A stretch of DNA of 64,000 nucleotides. Source: Bacteroidota bacterium. Its GTDB lineage: Bacteria > Bacteroidota > Bacteroidia > 2-12-FULL-35-15. The position numbers and the translations under genes were made by a program. The stretch lies in the NCBI GenBank assembly GCA_947466965.1, contig CANIFU010000003.1, forward strand, positions 23,151 through 87,150. Reading direction: 5' to 3'. The notes below the pieces were generated by a model. That model ran no database searches, was not told where the DNA came from, and was given only the letters and a program-made list of their open reading frames with translations. The number at the start of each line of letters is the position of its first letter. The first letter of the stretch is position 1. Below are positions 28,431 to 36,113 of the stretch, one piece after another.

Positions 28431-28782
28431 AATAGTTACTATTGTTGTTTTTTTTAGGAGGTTCAGTTGCTGCAGGAGTATAAGACGCTGATTTTTTATT
28501 TTTATTTCTTTTCGGGATTCCTTGTTCTTTAATGGACATTTTAGTTGATCCTATTGTGTCGTTCTTAGCATCATTTATTGATTTTGAACTTTTCGCACCC
28601 TTAATACTTTCCGCTCTTTCTTGTTTAACTGTTTCTTTTGGAGTTTCTTGTTTATAGGAAACGGTATCCAGATCTTTTTTGATTACCTCTTGAGCCCCAA
28701 TAGAATTACTTAAACTTATTCCTATAGTTAAAAAGGATAGTTGTAGTATGTTTTTCATTTGTATTTTATTTTTACGAAGCAT
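28429..28782 (-). CDS. Small secreted Lys-rich hypothetical protein
   Basis: Signal-like MKNILQLSFLTIGISLSNSIGAQ (start probably 28758), low-complexity mature region, followed by a terminator. Confidence 0.6.
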   Translation of the reverse strand: MLRKNKIQMKNILQLSFLTIGISLSNSIGAQEVIKKDLDTVSYKQETPKETVKQERAESIKGAKSSKSINDAKNDTIGSTKMSIKEQGIPKRNKNKKSASYTPAATEPPKKNNNSNY

Positions 28783-28808
28783 AAAAAAGATAATGCTACA
28801 GGGTAAAA

Positions 28809-31082
28809 TTAGTTCTTTAAAAGTTCAAGTGCCTCCTGAATTGTAATGTATTCACCATTAAAGAATGCTAGAATAAATGCATCATCAATTCCGTTTTTTA
28901 CTAAGTCGTTTTTTGCTGATTGTGCAGTTACATAATCATGAAATGGACCTACTGTATAACGATTTAAGCCTGTTGGTGTAATTTCTTTTGTTACCAGCCC
29001 TTTCACTGATTGTAATTTTGCAGCTTTATCGGGAGGAGGTTCGTTTTTAAATACACCAACTTGAATTTTAAAAGTAACCAATTTTTTATTAACGCCATTA
29101 ACTGCAGCGTTATCTGAAGTACTTTGTTCTATTAGATCTTCTTTCTTTTGAGGTGTTGCACCCGCTTCCGTTAAAGTAACTCGTTTTCCATCTTTGTAAG
29201 CTGTTATAAAAGCACCTTGGTAACCTTTTAATAGTAAATCTACTTTGTGTTTTGCGGCATCCTCAAATGTTTTAAAAGAACCGGTCATGTATTTATAAAG
29301 ACCATCTTCAGTTTTTATTTCAATCAAATCATTTATGTCTTTAAAAACATTTTTAGATAATCTATTTTTATATGCACCCAATTGAACTCTCAGAACTATT
29401 CCCTTTGAATCAGCTGCAGAAATAGAAGTGGATATATTGTTCGAATTATTCAAGTTGTTATTCGTATTTGTAGAGGAATTACTTGTTGTATTTGTTGAAC
29501 TATTATTTGTAGTTGTTGATTTTATTGAAGTATTTATTGCTGAATTAGTTGCAGGATTTGTATTTACAGCACTGTTAGTTGCGGCTGCCGTTGAATTATT
29601 AGATAGTTGTGTTGAATATGCCGGAGCATTATAAAATTTACCATTTTGTTTGTAAACAACTTTTGCATCTGTTAATCCTTGCTCGACTAATTGCTTTTTA
29701 CGTATTTCGGCATCCAATAAATTGTTGAATTTTCCAGCAGTGTATGTTGTAGTGGAATCATCAATGTTGAAACTTGATATATCACCGATACTTAAAAATT
29801 TAGTCATTAATTCAGGTGGAAGACCTTTTTTGAAGGTGCCTATTTCTACACTGTACTCTTTTTGATATAAATTACTATAAAGTTCTTTCCCATTGTGATC
29901 ATGTCTCTCAACTGTTGCAAATGCACCTGTTGAATCCATATAAAAACGATATTTATAGTCAATAATCGAGTCGTTTAGTTGCACACCTTTAGCGTCAACA
30001 AAGGAATCTTTAGGCGAATCTAATTCATCATCTTTGTAATTTGGAACATTATCATTGTCATCATCCAAAGGACACCCTTTGATGTCAACAGGTACACCTT
30101 CTGGAGTGCCCTGACAGGAATCATTCGCATCACTAACCCCATCTTTATCTATATCAGAAAGATCAAGTGCAAAAAAATCGACATCATTAAAGGTATCATC
30201 ATCCATTTCTCCTTCCTTTTCTTTCATCCCAAATTTGTAATGCAATGAAAAAGAACTCATCATAAATTTATCATTACTTTTTTTACCAACACGATTTCCT
30301 ATACTTTCGTTAGAAATTCCATCAATATAGTCGGTAAGAGTAAAGTGCATGGTTGCACCAATTTTAAAATCCCAAAAATCGTTGATTTTAAAAATCACAC
30401 CGGCACCAACAGGAAAAGCCCAAGAACGTTCGGCGTATTTTCCGAATCCATCAAGATTCATTTCACGGATATCAGATTCGTATTTATAGTCGCGCTGAAT
30501 TTCGATTGCCATGTTTGCTGTTGGAGCACTTTGGTCAATATTACGGATTGTGCCATCAGACCAGTAGTAATAACGATTTCCGTTTCCATCAAAAATGTCA
30601 GTTTTAGAAAGGAACTCAAACGATTCGAACCCCAATGAAATATAGGGACTAGCATCTCTTGATGCTGGTAAAAAATTATCGAAATTATAAAGTAGATTGA
30701 TTCCCCCTACTCGAATCTCAGATTCAAAATTTAAGTTTCTATTATTCGGTTCGGCTCGCTCATTAGCACCTAATTTGCCAAATAAAGCATAAAAATTAAC
30801 GTCCAAATAATCAGTTAATCGTTGAGCAATACTTAGGTCATAACCTATTCGGCTAACCATTGGTGCTTGAAAATGTTTAACGTAAAGATCCCCGTAAAAA
30901 GAAAACATTCCAGTGCCAATACCTATGGCAGGTTTGAAAATGAATTCTTTTTTATCTTTTAATTTATTGGAATATGATGAAGGGGAAGTTGCACTATCAA
31001 CAATGGAGGAAGTTTCTGTTTGAGAATATAAAACAGAGTTGAAAAATAAGAATAATAGTATGATTTTTATTCCTTTAACCAT
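28809..31082 (-). CDS. Outer-membrane beta-barrel + TSP3 Ca-binding repeats + three SPOR-like domains
   Basis: Signal peptide; amphipathic strands ending SFSLHYKFG; DxDxDGV.D..D.C...GCP repeats; SPOR-like motifs YSVEIGTF, LRVQLGAY...YKYMTGSF...AFITAYKDG, FKIQVGVF...YTVGPF...DAFILAF; N/T/S-rich linker. Confidence 0.75.
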   Translation of the reverse strand: MVKGIKIILLFLFFNSVLYSQTETSSIVDSATSPSSYSNKLKDKKEFIFKPAIGIGTGMFSFYGDLYVKHFQAPMVSRIGYDLSIAQRLTDYLDVNFYALFGKLGANERAEPNNRNLNFESEIRVGGINLLYNFDNFLPASRDASPYISLGFESFEFLSKTDIFDGNGNRYYYWSDGTIRNIDQSAPTANMAIEIQRDYKYESDIREMNLDGFGKYAERSWAFPVGAGVIFKINDFWDFKIGATMHFTLTDYIDGISNESIGNRVGKKSNDKFMMSSFSLHYKFGMKEKEGEMDDDTFNDVDFFALDLSDIDKDGVSDANDSCQGTPEGVPVDIKGCPLDDDNDNVPNYKDDELDSPKDSFVDAKGVQLNDSIIDYKYRFYMDSTGAFATVERHDHNGKELYSNLYQKEYSVEIGTFKKGLPPELMTKFLSIGDISSFNIDDSTTTYTAGKFNNLLDAEIRKKQLVEQGLTDAKVVYKQNGKFYNAPAYSTQLSNNSTAAATNSAVNTNPATNSAINTSIKSTTTNNSSTNTTSNSSTNTNNNLNNSNNISTSISAADSKGIVLRVQLGAYKNRLSKNVFKDINDLIEIKTEDGLYKYMTGSFKTFEDAAKHKVDLLLKGYQGAFITAYKDGKRVTLTEAGATPQKKEDLIEQSTSDNAAVNGVNKKLVTFKIQVGVFKNEPPPDKAAKLQSVKGLVTKEITPTGLNRYTVGPFHDYVTAQSAKNDLVKNGIDDAFILAFFNGEYITIQEALELLKN

Positions 31083-31087
31083 AGTTG

Positions 31088-31095
31088 CAAATATA
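31088..31095 (-). promoter_or_regulatory. -7 box (TATATTTG) 5 nt before the ATG of the 757-aa gene
   Basis: Exact TAnnTTTG consensus. Confidence 0.5.
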
Positions 31096-31149
31096 ATAAA
31101 AAAATCAGTCTAACCGAAGTATAAATGCGCTTTTAAGGCGTTTCTAAAG

Positions 31150-32574
31150 TTATCTATACCATTTCTGGCTAGTAATCATAATTGCTTCCTGAACTGTTAT
31201 TCTTTTTCCGCTGCTATAAGCAGTTACAAAAGAGTCAGCAACACCTTTATTTCGAATCTCTTCACGTGAATCACGAGCTCCTTTATAATCATTATGAGAA
31301 CCTACTATATATTTTGTAAATCCTTCCGCCATTTCAGTATTTACTTTATCATTGATATTATATCTTGCTGCAAGGATATTTGCATCAATAGCGTTGTGTA
31401 AAGCAGCAATCTGAATGCGATAATTCACATTGGTTTGAGCTGCAGGTATAGTACTTGCTGCCGACAGGGATTTAGAACTTGAAGCTGTTGTATTTGTTTC
31501 CGTTGTATTTACAGGTAAAGTTGTTGAGGTAACAGAAGTAGTTGAAGTAGTCGGATTTGTTGTTGCTTCAGCTGTTGTAGTTTTATTGGGAGTAGTAGAA
31601 GTAGGGGAAGTAGTAGCAGTTACAAGCGGATTTGAATCACTTACAATAGCGAAAGTACTTGTTGGAATGATGTATTTTTTGGTTTCATCATTTTCAATAT
31701 AAGAGAAAACGCCATCAATGTTTTGATTGCCAGTTACTCCGGAAGGAACAGTTACTTTGTAAGAGATCGTGAATTCTGTTTGAGAGGGCATCGATACCCA
31801 TACAAATTTTACTTTTTGTGTTTTAGTATCGAAACTAAAAGATGCTCCTTGAACATTACCGGCAGTTGCAGTAAATCCTATAGGGAGTGCTTCCACTAGT
31901 TTTGCAAATCCGGTTATATTTCCTTTATTCACTAGTATTTCAACTATAAAATTGTCAGTAACATTACTCGGTACTGTTCTTGTGGAAATAATTGAAGATG
32001 GCTCAGTACTACTTGATGAAGGTGAAGAGGTAATCGGTTGAGTTGTATTTGTTGTAGTTTCGTTTGTTATAATTCCATTTGTTGAATTTTCTGGTGTTGT
32101 AGTTTGAGCAGTTGTTGTTACTAATGTGGTAATTTCAGGTTGAATTTTAGAATCAACAGTAATTGTTGATGCTGCAATTACAATAGTTTGTTTTACGTTG
32201 TCAGAAACATATGAAAACTTGCCTGCAATAACTTTTTCGCCATTGATACCAGCAGCAACTTTTACTTTGTATTTTATTTTAAATTCTTTATCCGTGGGGA
32301 GAGACATCCATATGAATTTTACAGATTGGTTTGTAAATGTGAATGAAGCTCCGTTATTTTCATCTTGAACGGCTGTAAAACCTTCAGGCAAATCTTGTTG
32401 TAGTTTCGCAAACCCTCCTACAGAACCTTTATTGACGGTAAGTTCAACAGTAAATTCGCTATCAGATTTTACCGATGAAGGAATGTTTTGTGTTACGGTA
32501 ATACCCTCAGCGAAGAAAAACTGATAAATCAACAAGGCTATTGTATTGAAAAGAAGAGCTGCGTATTTTAACAT
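31150..32574 (-). CDS. Exported protein: two duplicated beta-sandwich (cohesin-like) domains, S/T-rich linkers, C-terminal SPOR-like domain
   Basis: Residues ~24-140 and ~194-311 share F.VE..VNKG...GFAKL...LP.GFTA...GASF.F...VKF.W.S.P...EF.I.Y.V.V...I.G.FSY; C-terminus YRIQIAA...TKYIVGS...DSFVTAYSSGKRI. Confidence 0.7.
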   Translation of the reverse strand: MLKYAALLFNTIALLIYQFFFAEGITVTQNIPSSVKSDSEFTVELTVNKGSVGGFAKLQQDLPEGFTAVQDENNGASFTFTNQSVKFIWMSLPTDKEFKIKYKVKVAAGINGEKVIAGKFSYVSDNVKQTIVIAASTITVDSKIQPEITTLVTTTAQTTTPENSTNGIITNETTTNTTQPITSSPSSSSTEPSSIISTRTVPSNVTDNFIVEILVNKGNITGFAKLVEALPIGFTATAGNVQGASFSFDTKTQKVKFVWVSMPSQTEFTISYKVTVPSGVTGNQNIDGVFSYIENDETKKYIIPTSTFAIVSDSNPLVTATTSPTSTTPNKTTTAEATTNPTTSTTSVTSTTLPVNTTETNTTASSSKSLSAASTIPAAQTNVNYRIQIAALHNAIDANILAARYNINDKVNTEMAEGFTKYIVGSHNDYKGARDSREEIRNKGVADSFVTAYSSGKRITVQEAIMITSQKWYR

Positions 32575-32603
32575 AAAGTTTGTATTTGTGTTTACTTATA
32601 TAC

Positions 32604-33914
32604 TTATTGTTCAAAGAAAAAGTCAATTAAATCATTTAATTTTTCTACTGTAAAATTTGATTCACCTTGAAGAAACATATCAATTGCCGAAGTAATTTCT
32701 TCTGTTGAAATAAATCCATCATTATTTAAATCTGCTGTTCTTATTGCATACGGTATTGAATTGGCAGCAGCTGGATTTGATTTTCTTGTTTCAGTGGAAG
32801 CAGCTTCAACGTTTTTAAGATAAGATAAACTTGGATTTTCATTAAACAGCTGGCTCCTTTCTGTTGCAAGTGAATCAAATTGATTTTGTTTGTCAGCAAT
32901 CATTTTGTCAGTTATTGTAACTCCTTGCTCATCAACTATGGCATTTATTTTTGTCATTAATTCCTTATCTAGATAGTCTGGAATTCCATCTTCATCATTG
33001 TCATCAGGGCATCCTCTTTCGTTTACTTTAATGTCTTTAGGTGTTCCAGGACATTTATCGTCAGCATCATTAACACCGTCAGCATCATTATCAAGCTTTT
33101 CTAAAGCCGAAAAATCTACATGGTTATAGATTGGGTTACTTTCCTCTTTTTCTTTTCCAAAGTTGTATTGTATTGAAACATTAGCGAAAATATATTTATC
33201 ATTTTTACCTTCTTTAAAATTATCTATCCAATCAGAAAAACTTAAGTAATAAGTAGCACCAATATTTACAGAAAGACTGTTAAGAATTTTAAGATTAAAA
33301 CCTCCACCGATAGGAACCGTAAGTGAAGATCTTCCATAGGAATTAACCGAATCTACTAATTTTGTTTCGTAAGTATAATCTCTTTGTATGATTATGGATG
33401 TTGAAGCCAAAGGGTCAGATTCTGCTCTGTCATGTATAGTTCCATCGCTCCAATAATTATATTTTATATTATTTTTATCAGTAAGATCACCATGAGGATT
33501 AAATTTTAAATAGCCTATCCCTACAAACAAATAAGGAGCAAAAACACTTGTTCTGCTAAAAATTAAGTCATTATCAAAATGCAATACAATGTTTAAATCA
33601 CCTTGCATTATTTCTGATTCAAAATTGAGACTTCTATCTTTTGTTCTTTCACTATCAGATAATTTTCCGTAGAGGCCATTGAATGATATTGCTAAGTATT
33701 TTCCAATGCGCTGCTCAATTGTAAAATTGTAACCTGCTCTAATTTTCGACAAAGAACTCAAGTCAGCGCCATTTCCTATGTCACCATTAAAGGAGAGTAT
33801 TCCAGCACCAATTGCAACAGAAGGAAATTGTTTTACTTTTGCCGTTTTTTGGGCAAAAATACTGCTTGTTGCCCAAAAAAATAACACAACAAATAGTAAA
33901 CGTATGTTTTTCAT
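32604..33914 (-). CDS. Outer-membrane beta-barrel + TSP3 repeats + C-terminal EF-hand/dockerin-like module
   Basis: Paralogous to the N-half of the 757-aa protein (LNFES, YWSDGTI, IQRDY.YE, Y.FG); DNDADGVNDADDKCPGTP; terminal loop DLNNDGFISTEE. Confidence 0.7.
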   Translation of the reverse strand: MKNIRLLFVVLFFWATSSIFAQKTAKVKQFPSVAIGAGILSFNGDIGNGADLSSLSKIRAGYNFTIEQRIGKYLAISFNGLYGKLSDSERTKDRSLNFESEIMQGDLNIVLHFDNDLIFSRTSVFAPYLFVGIGYLKFNPHGDLTDKNNIKYNYWSDGTIHDRAESDPLASTSIIIQRDYTYETKLVDSVNSYGRSSLTVPIGGGFNLKILNSLSVNIGATYYLSFSDWIDNFKEGKNDKYIFANVSIQYNFGKEKEESNPIYNHVDFSALEKLDNDADGVNDADDKCPGTPKDIKVNERGCPDDNDEDGIPDYLDKELMTKINAIVDEQGVTITDKMIADKQNQFDSLATERSQLFNENPSLSYLKNVEAASTETRKSNPAAANSIPYAIRTADLNNDGFISTEEITSAIDMFLQGESNFTVEKLNDLIDFFFEQ

Positions 33915-34244
33915 GTTGGTTTTAATAATAATAACTACCTATGCATATATATTTTAAGAAATATTTCAGATATAGTAATTCATTAAAATAAGCTCTTAAC
34001 AAAACTATTGCAGTTTGTGGTGTATTTGATGTAACATTAATTGTAATTACAAACAGAACTTTGTTAATAACCGTGTTTAGGATTGCTTTTAATTAATAAA
34101 TGAATAAATGCTAGGAAATACTTAGTGTATTGAATGGTTGTTTTTTGGGGAGGGCTTACAGTAGTCTATTTTTTTTCAAAACGTAATCTATGAAAATTTA
34201 TTTAGAATCAGAAAAACAGTATATGTTGAAATTAAATTGCTTCC

Positions 34245-35348
34245 TTAATTCGAACGGGTAGTGAATTCGTATATTTTCCCTTCATACAAAAATCCAATCG
34301 TATTGTTGTATTTGAATACCGGAAGATCCTGATTTAAGTTGATTGTATATGGTTTTTGAACATAGAAATTTTCAACTATTTTACCTTTGTAAAAATATTT
34401 TGGTCGGTTGATATTACTAAAATAAACAAGTGAATTGTTGCCAGTAATAATATTTTTCTGTTCAATAAGTGGCTCAGAATATATTTGCCCATCATAGATG
34501 ATTTTTAATTCAGAATCAAACGCATAGAAAAGGATGTTGTTTTTAGAAAAATAATAGTCAGGCTTTCGAGAATCAATTTTTGTAATAGCGCCATCATAAA
34601 AAATGTAAAAATTATCTTTTGTATCCGTATATGCTACCATGTCATTTGATACTTTGAAATCTTGAATAATTTCTTTACTGATTACTTTAAATTCTCCATT
34701 ATAAAAGACATTGAATGTATTTTTGTATTCATCAATGAATGCAACAATATTGTGTCCACATTCATAACTATTGATTCTTATGCCTTCGGTGTCATAAATT
34801 TTTCCTTTGAAGTAAATTTTTAGATTGAAATCAAGGTCATTGAATGCCATAATGTTATTTTCTACTTTGTAATCGTAAATTACACTAGCGTTTGTTGCAT
34901 AAATGATTGTTTTAATCTCGCCATTTTCGTATGACATGTAATTCATGCTGGGTAAAGCTTGCCAAACAATTAAAGAATCTCCGGCTGCAAATTTATCAGC
35001 ATTTTTTGAAAGTAATTTTTTTTCTCCTTTTTCGAAGATCATAAGTCGTTGTTGCATCTTATAAATAAGCGCCTTAGGTGTTGCAACAACTTGATTCGGA
35101 AAATTTTCTTCTAGAACTTGCTTTTCTCCGTTATAGTAGGAAATAAAACTATTTTTTGAGTCGGTATAAGCAATGTAGTCGTTTCCAATTTTTATATTCG
35201 TAACGGGGTAGTTTTCAATTTGTCGTTCAATGCCTTTGTCGAAAACATGAAAATTATTCATATAGTCATGAAACACTCCCAAACCACTTTGTGAATATAC
35301 ATTTGATAGTGTAGCCAGAAATAGTAATGAAAAATAAAATTTAGCCAT
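34245..35348 (-). CDS. Secreted repeat protein, probable beta-propeller
   Basis: Signal peptide and ~40-aa repeats with a [IV]A[YF].D...F..[FY]Y.G pattern. Confidence 0.55.
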   Translation of the reverse strand: MAKFYFSLLFLATLSNVYSQSGLGVFHDYMNNFHVFDKGIERQIENYPVTNIKIGNDYIAYTDSKNSFISYYNGEKQVLEENFPNQVVATPKALIYKMQQRLMIFEKGEKKLLSKNADKFAAGDSLIVWQALPSMNYMSYENGEIKTIIYATNASVIYDYKVENNIMAFNDLDFNLKIYFKGKIYDTEGIRINSYECGHNIVAFIDEYKNTFNVFYNGEFKVISKEIIQDFKVSNDMVAYTDTKDNFYIFYDGAITKIDSRKPDYYFSKNNILFYAFDSELKIIYDGQIYSEPLIEQKNIITGNNSLVYFSNINRPKYFYKGKIVENFYVQKPYTINLNQDLPVFKYNNTIGFLYEGKIYEFTTRSN

Positions 35349-35351
35349 TCA

Positions 35352-36065
35352 TTAAAAATTTGGCTTCAATAAATATTTAGAATAGAATTCGTTTATGATT
35401 GCAACAGCTTCATCGGAAGTATCAACGATCTTAAATAATTCAAGATCTTTTTCGCTGATATTGTGCTCTTCGTGAAGCATTGTTTGTTTTACCCAAGTTA
35501 TTAAACCGTCCCAATATTTTTTTCCAACCAATACAATAGGGAAGTGTGCTACTTTATTGGTTTGAATCAATGTAATGGCTTCAAATAATTCGTCCAGCGT
35601 TCCGAAGCCACCTGGCATTGCAATAAATCCTTGAGAATATTTTAAGAAAATAGTTTTACGAACGAAAAAGTAATCAAAATTTATATTTTTGTCATTATCA
35701 ACAAAAGGGTTTGAACTTTGCTCAAAAGGTAAAACAATGTTTAGGCCAACCGATTTGCCTCCTCCATTTTTAGCACCTTTATTTGCAGCCTCCATAATTC
35801 CAGGTCCTCCGCCACTGATTATTCCATAACCTTCACGTGTTAATTTATATGCAATTTCTTCAGCCAATAAATAATAGGGGTTAGTTGTCTTAGTTCGAGC
35901 AGATCCAAAGATTGAAACGCAGGGGCCGATGCGGCTCATTTTTTCAAATCCTTCTACAAATTCGCTCATAATTTTAAATATTTGCCACGAATCGGATGCT
36001 TTGATATCGTTCCAGTCTTTTGCAGCAAACGCTTTTCTTATTTTGTCTTCTTCTTGATTGGTCAT
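35352..36065 (-). CDS. LOG-family (TIGR00730) nucleotide phosphoribohydrolase
   Basis: IFGSAR, SGGGPGIMEAANKGA, FFVRK, PGGFGTLDE. Confidence 0.9.
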   Translation of the reverse strand: MTNQEEDKIRKAFAAKDWNDIKASDSWQIFKIMSEFVEGFEKMSRIGPCVSIFGSARTKTTNPYYLLAEEIAYKLTREGYGIISGGGPGIMEAANKGAKNGGGKSVGLNIVLPFEQSSNPFVDNDKNINFDYFFVRKTIFLKYSQGFIAMPGGFGTLDELFEAITLIQTNKVAHFPIVLVGKKYWDGLITWVKQTMLHEEHNISEKDLELFKIVDTSDEAVAIINEFYSKYLLKPNF

Positions 36066-36113
36066 TCTATAACTATAATTTGTTACTATTTTTTTATCAG
36101 GACTATTCTTTTT

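Noticed and set aside
29440..29610. Repetitive-looking DNA in the 757-aa gene (also 31480-31630 and 32000-32140)
   Set aside because: It encodes Asn/Thr/Ser linkers. There is no fixed-period repeat or repeat-spacer structure, so it is not CRISPR.
33915..34244. 330-bp intergenic region as a possible ncRNA or riboswitch
   Set aside because: No convincing stem-loops or recognisable RNA motif by eye; only a possible -7 box at 34000-34007. An Infernal/Rfam scan would be needed.
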